Assembly (NCBI GenBank): GCA_026025075.1
Contig: JAPEUI010000009.1
Coordinates: forward strand, 62,001-126,000
DNA: 64,000 nucleotides
Direction of reading: 5' to 3'
DNA from: Vezdaea acicularis
Lineage: Eukaryota
Shown here: piece by piece, positions 25,792 to 36,322 of the stretch
Layout: every line of letters begins with the position of its first letter
Position numbering within the stretch: the first letter of the stretch is position 1
Translations under genes and position numbers: made by a program
The notes under the pieces: model-generated
Seen by the model: only the letters and a program-made list of their open reading frames with translations
Told to the model about the DNA's origin: nothing
Databases searched by the model: none

Positions 25792-26577
25792 ATGACTCCC
25801 AAAACATTGTCCTTCAAATGCGCCCTCATCACTGGCGGCGGCGGCGGCCTCGGCTACGCGATGGCCGAATGGCTACTTGCGCATGGCAAGCGCGTCATCA
25901 TCGCAGGACGAACTGAATCGAAGCTCGCGTCGGCCGCCAAATCGCTTGGCCACGATACGCCTTACTATGTGCTCGACACAGGAGACGTTGCGGCCATTCC
26001 TTCCTTTGTGGGGAAGCTGGTGAAGGAGCACCCGGAGGTCGATTGTGTCATTAATAATGCGGGCGTCCAACGAGTGTTAAAGGTCGATGCTTTCGATCTT
26101 GCGAAGGCTGACTCGGAGATCGACATTAACATCCGCGGCCCAATACATCTGGCCGTCGCTCTGCTCCCGCACTTGCGTAAACAGTCTGGTGGGGCTGTCA
26201 TCATGAATGTGACCAGCGTCTTGGGCTTCATTCCGTTCAGTGTAGTGAACCCTGTCTACAACGCGACTAAGGCATTTGGACATTTCTGGACGACGAACTT
26301 GCGGACGCAAATTAACCAGGAAGGCTGGAACATCAAGGTTGTTGAGGTTGTCCCACCTCAGGTGGAGAGTGATCTTCATAGGGATAGGGATGATCCAGAT
26401 GATAACAAGAAGGCAAAGTCTCCTACCAGTTTAAGCGTGGAGGAATTCATAAAGGAGGTGGGGCAAGGGTGGGAGAGTGATTTGGATGTGGTCTCAGCAG
26501 GTCCAGGCAAAAAGGTAGTAGATAGGTGGTATGACGAGTTCGGGGCCGATTATGTCAAGGCGTCAGGAGGGAAGTGA
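25792..26577 (+). CDS. Short-chain dehydrogenase/reductase (DltE-like), intronless
   Basis: TGGGGGLG Rossmann motif, NNAG, catalytic YNATK and VEVVPP.V.SDLH. Confidence 0.9.
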   Translation: MTPKTLSFKCALITGGGGGLGYAMAEWLLAHGKRVIIAGRTESKLASAAKSLGHDTPYYVLDTGDVAAIPSFVGKLVKEHPEVDCVINNAGVQRVLKVDAFDLAKADSEIDINIRGPIHLAVALLPHLRKQSGGAVIMNVTSVLGFIPFSVVNPVYNATKAFGHFWTTNLRTQINQEGWNIKVVEVVPPQVESDLHRDRDDPDDNKKAKSPTSLSVEEFIKEVGQGWESDLDVVSAGPGKKVVDRWYDEFGADYVKASGGK

Positions 26578-27566
26578 GGACTCAGCAAGGACGGCGTGGG
26601 GTAGCGTATCTCTATTGTATAGCACGTCAATGTTAGACGCCTCGCGCTGGAAAGAGATGCCTTCTTCCATGCATAGGCCATCTCACCTTCTCTACTTATG
26701 CCGGCCATGATATTACTTCAAGCCTGTCCAATAGTTCATCAGGGTCGTATTTCTCGCTGAACATATTGCATGGAGGTCCAAAGGCTCCACGGGCAGGGGA
26801 TTGAGTATTACCAGAAAAATACAGTGCTAGTCGAACGTACGCAAAGCCGGTTGGAATGCAATCGTTGCAACGGAGCTTCATATACTCACCTGCCAATCCA
26901 AACGACTAGAAGGCATTCTAGCAAGCGCATATTGCTGCCTCACCGTCCTATGAAATGTCCCTTAAGCTCTATTTTGTCCATGGCTCACTCAAATCTCGAG
27001 AAAGCGGAATTTTGGCGTGAGCATCCCAATGACCTGACAGTCATTACGCAATGAGATAAAGAGATTACATATAAACTATGATCTTTTTGCAAGAATTTAT
27101 CACCAGTAGATAGGGGAAAACATAGTATCCCCTGGGTTGCATCCACTCCAAAAACACGATTGTTCGGCCAAAGAATGCAAGAAGAGAAAAGTAGTCGTGA
27201 AAGCTGTAAAAGCGGCTACAGCGCAAGTCTTGAAGGATATACTAGACGTAGTACTTTTAGAGTGCAGCAATCTTTCAGTGTATCAATGTCCGAATGTTCA
27301 GAGCAGAGAGTTGCAAAAGCTCTGTAAATTTGTGAATGAAGCTTAGTCGACCCACCTCGGTAAGGCGCGTTCCGCGTTCCGCATTCCCGCTCCGAATATT
27401 GATTCACCGCTCGCGGAAAGGGCGAATGCATACTCTGTTCATAGTGCAGCCCCTAGACGATGGACGAACTTTCATCGAACTACGCAAACTCTAGTAGCAC
27501 ACATATCTCCATGCATGCGCGCCTCCTGTTGAACTCGGGTTGCAAGCAATCCGCTCTGAAAGTACC

Positions 27567-28926
27567 ATGGATACCTCAATTGACCCTACCTTGACCCTTC
27601 CAGATACCATTCTCTTAAAGCATCTTCTTCAAGACGCTCAAGATGGCAAGACTGCGGGGCCCAGTGGGAAGCCTGATCCTAATGACCAGGGCACGATAAA
27701 GCTCCTTTCCGATCTCAGTGACCATAACAGCGACAGATTCCAACCGACAGTGTTCACAGGCTGGGACCAGGAGGACCTCCACTTCCGCCAATTCTTCAAT
27801 GTTAATATCTATCAACCCTATGTAAGATGGGCCCAAACTGTCGTCCGCCGCCCCACGGATGTCGTCTTCATTACGCACATCCTACTATATTTTTCGACTT
27901 CTCTTCCTTCTGCTATCTACCTCTTCTACCACTTCACATGGCCTCATGCCGTTTTCCATTGGCTCATGACCGGCTATTACCTCGGACCCTTTGCAATTCT
28001 GCTGCATAATCACATTCATAACAACGGGATACTGTCGAAGGAGTACAGGTGGATAGACTGGGGCTTCGTGTATATCCTGGAGCCCCTGATAGGACATACA
28101 TGGGACTCCTACTATTACCATCATGTCAAGCACCATCATACGGAGGCGAACGGTCCGGATGACTTGTCTAGCACACTGCGTATGCAGCGAGACTCGATTC
28201 CCGACTTTCTCATGTATGTCGCGCGCTTTGTCCTTCTGATCGATGTTGAACTGCCGCTTTACTTTATCCGGAAGGGAAAATACAAGTTCGCAGCCAAGTT
28301 TCTCATTGGGGAGTTTGGCAACTACTTTGCTATTTACCTGCTGGCTAGGTGGAACTTCTGGGCTTCATTTGTGGTGTTCATTACTCCGTTGGCCTTCTTA
28401 CGGCTGGGTATCATGGCGAGTAATTTTGGGCAGCATGCGTTTGTGGATGAGAATGAGCCAGATTCAGACTTTAGGAGTAGCATCACTCTGATTGACGCAC
28501 CGGTAAGTCATTTACCTGCCCCTCCTAGCGATCCCATGTCATGAATGGGCATGCTAACATCCACATCAGTCCAACCGTCTCCACTTCAATGATGGCTATC
28601 ACACCTCGCACCACATCAACCCACGGCGTCACTGGCGCGACCACCCAACCGCCGTCCTCAAAGCTAAAGACCGCTACCAAACTGAAAATGCGCTGATATT
28701 CCATAACATCGATTGGTGGGGAATCACATTCAGGGTGCTGGCGAAGGACTACATTTACCTGGCCAAGCGACTCGTTCCCGTAGGACCTCAGGTGGACATG
28801 AGCATAGAGGAAAGAGCGGAGATGCTGAGAAGCAAATGCAGGAAGTTCAGCGAAGACGAAATCAGAGCGAAGTTTGGAATAGGCAAGGTTGAAAAGAAAA
28901 TTGAGAGGACTGAAGTGAAGACGTAA
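27567..28926 (+). CDS. Membrane fatty-acid desaturase-like protein (His-box superfamily); intron 28503-28569
   Basis: His boxes HNHIH, HHVKHHH, QH and (exon 2) GYHTSHH, with hydrophobic segments. GTAAGT donor, GCTAAC branch and CAG acceptor. Stop TAA 28924-28926. Confidence 0.85.
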
Positions 28927-29595
28927 GGAGAGGCGTTTATCTCTTTTGGAAAGTTGCATGGTGAGCGGGAGGCTTTTAGACTATAGCATGGACTGGAACG
29001 GGTCATTCAATCACCAAACATATGTTTCATAACCTCTGAAAGTCATCGTCCTGTGTGTCTCGCGTGTCTTGCGTCTGTACGTTGCTTCGCCTTGATCGAG
29101 TCTTGGGTGACGCCTGCGCAGTCTTCCTATTGGATTCAAGCGGCGTTGAGGCTGTTGTAAGGGTCGTATAGCATATTAATAAGTTTCCAGGGATTTTCCC
29201 TCCTTTTTACCCGGAGAAATGAGGCAATATGATGGTGATTTGAATTTTAAAAGCAAATGCTTGAAAACATGCTGCATCACTTTGCTACTCGCTCGTTGGG
29301 AACGAACGTAGGAAGTTTAAGATAGCCATTTACGCACATATTCCCGTATTAATCAGTAGTGTTACCGAAGCTCAGGTATTCATCAAAGTATCTCTCATCT
29401 TCTCTAATATCGTTCTATATATACTGACATTGGAGTTGGGATATCACGCATGTGACCTCGCGACAAACCTCCAATTGTCTGCGCGTCATGCAAATTTCGC
29501 GAACCTCGAAAGGTTTGCCCCTCGACCGCCTGCATGGAGCATACCCACTGGCCATTCTCTACCCTTATTCAATTCCACGACCTGGGGATTCGGCA

Positions 29596-31359
29596 ATGCC
29601 TCGAAAAGTAAGAAAATCCACGGAATTAAGTATTAGAAGCCCGAAGACTAAGAAGGAGCTGCCCATTGAGGTGCCCTCGCCTTCTGCGGGCAGACGAGGA
29701 CGAAGTGGAGCTGTAAAGCCAGACGATATACCGAAGACTGAAGAAGAGTTGTCCGCTGAGGTGCCCTCGCCTTCTCTGGTTAGACGGGGACGAAGTGGAG
29801 CAGTAAAGCCCAGCGATACCCCGAAGGCTGAGGAAGAGCCGTCCGCCGAAGTGCTCTCGCCCTCTGCGGGCAAACGGGGACGAAAGAGGGCTGCAGAGCA
29901 AGACGACACCCCGAAGAAGAGAGCTCGAAGGTCAGAAAACGGCGTCAACTCGGAGGTCTTAAAAGCTGAGGCTATCAAGATAGAGCAAGTAAAAGAGATC
30001 TCACCACCGCCTTTAAAGCGCGGTCGGAAGGCCAAAGCCAATGGCACCAAACCCCAGCCCATAGAGGACGAAGCAAACGACACCGCTAATCCAACACCTA
30101 CCGGCACGCCCAAGAAAAGTAGGAAGAAAGCGCCCAAAGCTCCTCTTGAAACCGACGCCGCAAACACCGACGACTCCAACGCCCCCGCAAAGCCCAAGCG
30201 CAAGCGCAAAACCGCCGAGGAGAAGGCCCTGGAAGCCATGCCCCTTGCAGCGCGCACCCCTCTCCTAAAGCAGTACATTGGCGCGCACGTCAGCAGCGCC
30301 AAAGGTGTGCACAACAGCATCACCAATAGCGTGCACATTGGGGGCAATGCCTTTGCGCTCTTCCTCAAGTCGCAGCGCAAATGGGAGAACCCCCCGCTAA
30401 ACACCGAACATGCGGCGCTGTTCAAGGCTGCTTGCGTAGAGCATAAGTACGACGCAGGCAAGCATGTGATTCCACACGGGAGCTATTTAGTCAACCTGGC
30501 GCAAGCGGAGGAGGCGAAGAAGGAGCAGGCATATAACACGTTCGTGGATGATCTGAAGAGATGTGATTCCTTAGGGATCAAGCTATACAACTTCCATCCA
30601 GGAAACACAGGGGGAGCGCCAAGAGCTGAAGCTATCTCCAGGATAGCAGCTGCGCTGAACAGGGCGCACGCGGAGACAGAATCCGTCGTCACCGTACTCG
30701 AGAACATGGCCGGCACCAACAACGTCATCGGCGCCCAATTCGAGGATCTGGGAGCCATCATCGCAGAAGTGCAGGACAAGTCCCGCGTCGGCGTTTGCCT
30801 CGACACATGCCACACCTTCGCCGCCGGGCACGCTTTGGATCCGCCAAAAGCATTCCACGAGACGATGGACAAGTTCGACAAGCTCGTTGGCATGCAATAC
30901 CTCCGCGCCCTGCACCTCAACGACTCGAAGGCGCCCTTCGCCTCCCACCGCGACCTGCACCAGAATATCGGCGTCGGCTTCCTGGGTCTCCGCGCCTTCC
31001 ACACCATCATGAACGACAGTCGGTTCTGGGGCTTGCCGATGGTGCTGGAAACGCCCATCGATCGGAAAGACGCGGACGGCAAGGACATTGAGGATAAAAG
31101 GGTTTGGGCGCAGGAAATCAAGCTGCTGGAAAGTCTGGTGGGGATGGATGTCCAGTCGAAGGAATTTCGGAGGCTGGAGAAGGAGCTGGCGGAACGGGGC
31201 ATGGAGGAAAGGAAGAAGTATCAGGATCAGTTTGAGAGGAAGCTAGAGAAGCTGAGTAAGGCGGCGACTAAGGGGATGGTTAATGGGATGGCGGCGTGGA
31301 TTGGGAAGGGCAAGGGAAAGGAGGGCAGGAAGGTTGAGACTAGTGATGAGGAAGAATGA
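29596..31359 (+). CDS. APN1: Apurinic/apyrimidinic endonuclease (endonuclease IV family) with a long basic N-terminal extension
   Basis: IGAHVS, PHGSYLVNL, NFHPG, LENMAG, CLDTCH, HLNDSK, DLHQNIG and LETP. Likely start is ATG 29596 (MPRKVRK). Confidence 0.95.
   Translation: MPRKVRKSTELSIRSPKTKKELPIEVPSPSAGRRGRSGAVKPDDIPKTEEELSAEVPSPSLVRRGRSGAVKPSDTPKAEEEPSAEVLSPSAGKRGRKRAAEQDDTPKKRARRSENGVNSEVLKAEAIKIEQVKEISPPPLKRGRKAKANGTKPQPIEDEANDTANPTPTGTPKKSRKKAPKAPLETDAANTDDSNAPAKPKRKRKTAEEKALEAMPLAARTPLLKQYIGAHVSSAKGVHNSITNSVHIGGNAFALFLKSQRKWENPPLNTEHAALFKAACVEHKYDAGKHVIPHGSYLVNLAQAEEAKKEQAYNTFVDDLKRCDSLGIKLYNFHPGNTGGAPRAEAISRIAAALNRAHAETESVVTVLENMAGTNNVIGAQFEDLGAIIAEVQDKSRVGVCLDTCHTFAAGHALDPPKAFHETMDKFDKLVGMQYLRALHLNDSKAPFASHRDLHQNIGVGFLGLRAFHTIMNDSRFWGLPMVLETPIDRKDADGKDIEDKRVWAQEIKLLESLVGMDVQSKEFRRLEKELAERGMEERKKYQDQFERKLEKLSKAATKGMVNGMAAWIGKGKGKEGRKVETSDEEE
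29641..29910 (+). repeat. Three tandem 90-bp in-frame repeats within APN1
   Basis: Units begin CCGAAG at 29641, 29731 and 29821 and share GA(G/A)GTGC(C/T)CTCGCC.TCT and ACG.GGACGAAG/A cores. Confidence 0.9.
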
Positions 31360-31448
31360 CCGATGAAGCACACGCATAGACAAGGGGCTGGCTTCCTATA
31401 ATTGGAAGAGTGCTGTCTGCTTGGCTGGCCTGGCAGGAAGTATCATAT

Positions 31449-32828
31449 TTAAACTGAAGTTGTCATGCCATCGCTTGTGACTGTCACCTCCGCCGCCTTG
31501 CGCAGTCTATTCATGACCGCCGCTGCAATGCTCCCCTCGTCTGGAATGCCTTCCACGAAGATCGCATCGACGTTCAGGCCGTCAAGAGTTCTCAGCGCAG
31601 AGAAAAGGCTGTGCGCTATCTCTACCGGACTCGCACCAAGGGGTATATGATGCGTCTCCACCTCCCCAGACCCAGAAGCTAAGAAGCTTGTTTCGTTATC
31701 GGGCCTGCTGCCTTTACACGCCGTAAACGGCCAGACCTTGCAGCCCGTGGTCACCAGACCAATATCCTTCACCCCATCGAGTAACGCCTTCTGCTCCTTC
31801 GGCGAAGTATGGCATCCCGCCTCAAACAACACAACCCGAGCGCGCGGCGAGTAGTGACGATACTTCATTCCCGGCGCTCTAGGCGCGCCCTCCTTCTCGC
31901 TTGCATCTTTATATCCAATCTGGCAGTTCTCCCAGCCTTCGCAAGCCTGCAACATCTCGATACTGATCCCACCAGGCCTCAGTACAACAGGGGGTTCGCA
32001 GAGCCCGTCTACTACTGTGCTCTCGACGCCGACATCACATGGCCCTCCATCTACGATGAGGTCGATGCGTCCCTGAAGGTCGTGGAGGACGTGGCTGGCT
32101 GTCGTTGGAGAGGGTTTGGTTGAGGCGTTGGCGGAGGGTGCGGCGACAGGTATGCCGGCTAGATGAATGAGAGCGAGGGCCAAGGGGTTGGCGGGGATGC
32201 GCGCGCCAAATGTTTGGAGGCCGGCAGTGACTTCTGGGGCTAGGGGGAATGGGAAGGGGAGAGGGAGGAGTATTGTCAGGGGGCCGGGCCAGAATTTGGA
32301 TAGGAGTGGCTTGTATATCGAGGGAACAGGATCATCTTGATCATCTGAGAAATCGTGTATACTCTGTTGAATATTCTTCGGCCCAGCTGAGGATGTTCCA
32401 TTTGGCCAGACCCCCATGCCGTTGCTTGCTTCAACATCTGGTAAGGTATTAGGCTGAAGCAGGTTCCGTAGCTGGGTGAGCGAACTGAAATGAACGATGA
32501 GAGGGTTGTCTGAAGGCCTTTGCTTTGCTGCGTAAATTCCTTTTACGGCAGAACTCCGGGTTGCGTCTGCCCCCAGACCATAAACTGTCTCTGTAGGGAA
32601 TGCCACAGGTATATCAGAACTCCTTAGGCGGTCCGCAGCTTCCTTCAAATGCTGGTAATCCGGGGTGTCTTCTCTCCACTTTATGTCTGATATGCCATTA
32701 AGGTTCCCGTCCCTTTTTTCAAACCTATATTCGCAGGCATTATGCATATCCACTGGGAGAACTCGTGTCTGTCGAGAGTTGGGTTCCGATGACTCCTCTG
32801 GTCCCAAGGTCAAGCTGTCCGTAGCCAT
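31449..32828 (-). CDS. SUA5: Threonylcarbamoyl-AMP synthase (t6A biosynthesis)
   Basis: AFPTETVYGLGA, KQRPSDNPLIVH, FWPGPLT, APSANAS, GVESTVVD, APGMKYRHYSP and AVMNRLRKAA. Confidence 0.95.
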   Translation of the reverse strand: MATDSLTLGPEESSEPNSRQTRVLPVDMHNACEYRFEKRDGNLNGISDIKWREDTPDYQHLKEAADRLRSSDIPVAFPTETVYGLGADATRSSAVKGIYAAKQRPSDNPLIVHFSSLTQLRNLLQPNTLPDVEASNGMGVWPNGTSSAGPKNIQQSIHDFSDDQDDPVPSIYKPLLSKFWPGPLTILLPLPFPFPLAPEVTAGLQTFGARIPANPLALALIHLAGIPVAAPSANASTKPSPTTASHVLHDLQGRIDLIVDGGPCDVGVESTVVDGLCEPPVVLRPGGISIEMLQACEGWENCQIGYKDASEKEGAPRAPGMKYRHYSPRARVVLFEAGCHTSPKEQKALLDGVKDIGLVTTGCKVWPFTACKGSRPDNETSFLASGSGEVETHHIPLGASPVEIAHSLFSALRTLDGLNVDAIFVEGIPDEGSIAAAVMNRLRKAAEVTVTSDGMTTSV

Positions 32829-33463
32829 GATGTATGCAGCTGTACTTCCTACAGCGCGAACAGAAGCTGGAGCACCTCGAAAAAAAGTAGAAGAGTATTA
32901 TGATAGTAGCTAGAAACTGTGAAAGGGGTATCTCCCGAGGAAAGGAGAGGTCCCCGATCTCCTAACCCGCCGCTTTCGCCTGTGCGAGAAACTCCGGAGT
33001 GAGTACTGAAGCTTGAGAAACATTTAGGAAGCAAGAGAGTTAAAACAGATGTCTGTGTCAAGCGAGAGCGCTCTCTAGAATGTGTAGTACATCGAATAGA
33101 TCTGGGTTCAATCTGATAGGTAGCTAAAGAGCTCTGTTAAATTTCGCGGTAAGAATATTTTTGTTTTCGCGATGACGCACAAATCATCGGGTCACCGCGC
33201 TAGGCGGCTGTACCCTTCAAGGAGAGCACCATATTGAAGTGGAACGTCACAGGTAACTAAATATTCAGAAGTGTCCTAGAAATCCATGCTCATATAGAAC
33301 TTGGAGCTCAACAGAATATTCTACTAGAAATATCTTTTCAAGACGCGGGTATCACAAGAGCCAGCCAACCGTTGGTCCCTCGTCCATGTTCCCATTTTAT
33401 TGCCTCCCTAAACACCAAAAGCCGCTCAAAGACCAAGAAATCCCAAGTAAGCACACAAAGCTG

Positions 33464-35411
33464 TCATGCCGCCGCTTCTACCATCTGCGAACTAGCTATT
33501 GGCATGTTTGCCTGCTCAGCAATCTCACCGCCGGCTTTCTCCTCCGCCCATGCTCCCCACAGGCCTCTCTTTCCCCGTATTCTTAGAGGGCCTCCAAGCA
33601 CGTTATCGGGTTGCTCTACCTTTACTGCATCTTTTGTCGCTAGGACGAGGACTTCGAAGAACATCTTGGTGGCGTCGGCTTTGCTCGTGGTCGCTTCCGG
33701 TAGCAGATCTTGGAAGAGAACGTTCGCTTTCTTCTGTTGGGCCGGACTCTCACCCAAAGAGGGCCCAAACCTTTCTCGGAGTAGATGGACGGCGTGCTGA
33801 GTACCTAGCGAGACAGGCCCGTTGTCTGCTGGATGTATCAAGGGAGCTGTGGTCTCCATAAAAGGATCTTCGCCAGGAGCAGGAGAATGCTCATCGTCAT
33901 CTTCGTTATCTTGAGGTGCGCGGATACCGTCGTCCGCTGCAATCTCAATGACCTCGCCGGGTCCACCGAGCGTGGTATCAGCGCCTTCGATTCCGCCGAC
34001 GACCAACATATCACCATCATCCTCAAACTCGAGTCGAGGCTGTTTTCCTGCATTTGGGCTAAGAGCCTCATCTTCGCCTACATCAGCGACACCGCTATCC
34101 CTTTTCCTCTTGAGCTCTCCGGAGCGTTTTACTGTCTCGAACGAGAACAGCCCCTTGAGCTCTGGTGCCCAGCCCTTATCCCGGACGTCACCAAATATGC
34201 TAGAAACGAAGCCACCATTGCGTTGCATGTTCATGAGGGTTAACATCATCGGATCGCGAGGGAGAAATGAGGGTGGCTTTAAGATCTTCGATCGATTTTC
34301 TTGCTGCTCCTTAATTTGCTTGCTGTGTAGAACGGTGTCCGAGTCAGGCTGCAATATCTTCCGCTTCCTTGCCCTTTGAGGTAGATGTAATGACTCATCT
34401 TCATCGTACATCCCCGAGTCGCCATTTGGCTGGAAGTAGTTTTCTAAATCCCTCTCCACGCTAGAGCGGATGGAAGATGGTGGAGACTGTGAATCTCTTA
34501 GAAGCCCAGGTGTAGGTGCCGTGGCCGCGGCAAGATCGGTGGAGTCGTCGGCATTAAAATTAAACGCTTCTCCATCTCCCATCTCAATATCTTCATCACC
34601 CTCAAAATTAATCCCTCCATCTCCTAATGCAGACTCTGCCAAGTTACCAGTGCCGACGCCTTCGCCGAGGTCTAATTCAAGGTCGTCCCCATCAAAGAGC
34701 TTGCCGTCCTCACTCTGCATATCATCCAACCTTGGAGTCGGCGCATCCATACCACGGTGGATGCTGGTCTCCTCACCTATGTCAAGGCCTAAATCATCTG
34801 CAAATAGCTCAGTGCTTTGATCGTCGGCGTTGAGACCTTGCTCCAGTCCACTAGATAGAAATGGCAAGCTAGGGTCCATGAGGGTGATACTCTCGTCTCG
34901 TCCAACGCGTGTACGATCGAAGTCTAAGAGCGAGCCGGCTGGCTGGGTCATGAGGATAGAATCGTCGGCACGAGATATTCGAGCATCGTTGAGGTCAGCG
35001 ACGCCATCAGCCACGTTGAGACCTGCTATCGTCGCGGCATTTACTTCATTAATCGCTTGATCGTTATTCGCGGCACGGAAAGTCTGATGCACTCGTTAGC
35101 TCTTCTCTCATTGTAGAATAGGCTACAGACGTGGGGATGTGCCATACCATTTTCAATTTCATTAATGCTTCGTTGCAATCATCAAGAAGGTAACGCGCCT
35201 TCCTGCTATATATCCTGACGACGCCTAATAGCAGCTGGCCGCTCAGGCGCAGAGCCATTGGCGCCTGACCTTGATCGACAATGGCATTGACGCTGGTACC
35301 AATGTCGGACTGGAGAATATGTTGCTTCGATAGTTTGCGCTCAATATTGGCCGATAGCCAGACTCGAGCCAGAGGCCCTGTTTTGGAGAGAAGAGTCTCT
35401 GAATAGAACAT
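33464..35411 (-). CDS. RAD21: Cohesin kleisin Rad21/Scc1; one intron ~35086-35147
   Basis: MFYSETLLSKTGPLARVWLSAN, ALRLSGQLLLGVVRIYSRKARYLLDDC and the C-terminal winged helix ATKMFFEVLVLATKDAVKVEQ. Confidence 0.95.
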
Positions 35412-36322
35412 GTCGTATTACGTATATTGGTTCTGCTAGAGGGGCGAATAGATGATTTAAGAAGCGATCGGGTCGACCGTCGAGCACAAAGTGTTGGGCC
35501 TTCGAAAAGCGCGTTGTTGTGATGAGAGATCGCGCATGAGGTTGTTGTGAGACTACGCGGAGTCGCGAGAGCGAGACGGGTTATAAGCGGCAGGCTGACC
35601 GAGTCGCAAAACCGATGCGCTAACGAAAAGATCCCGAGTACCACGATACAACGCACATTCAAATGGGCAGCAGATAGGGAGCGACCGAGCGAAGGAAATC
35701 TGCAAGGGTAAGAATATGAATGAAGCAAGTCGTAGATGGTCGCGAGAGTTGGCGCAAAAACGTTGACGTGGGAGATGGTGGAGGGAGGGTGTCAGGAAGC
35801 GAATTGGGGTGGCTGGGCGCCCGCTTAGTCAGCATCCAGGAGCACCCATGCGTGCCAAGCCCGTGGCAGACTCAATCCTGAAACCAGGGATCGAGGCGTA
35901 TGTGCGCGGGTTCAGATAAGCATATGCATAATAGGATCGCCTGGTTGACACTATAGCTGCAATTCTCCACGGTTGAATGTTTTCTCCAGGGCGCTCGATA
36001 TGTAGCTCATCCCTTTGTGGCGTAAAGAACGTGGACAGGGGCCTCCATGATTTAGCGACCGCAGCATAATCTGTGCCAATTCCCCATCTTTTCTGGCTGC
36101 CCAAAAGCTTCTTTTCGAGCAGCGGGAGCCGCCACAGCGCAGTCTCTACCTCCCTTCAACTCGGGCGAACCGTCGCAACTCATGTACATTATGCTATAAT
36201 TTCCCCTCTACGCCTCCCGTTCCGATATCACATCTATGTGGCGGAAGCAAGCCTGGAGGTCCATTGCGCCGAAGGCTTCTCCGTACGGCACATAATCTAC
36301 TTGCGTCAACCGCCATGATATT

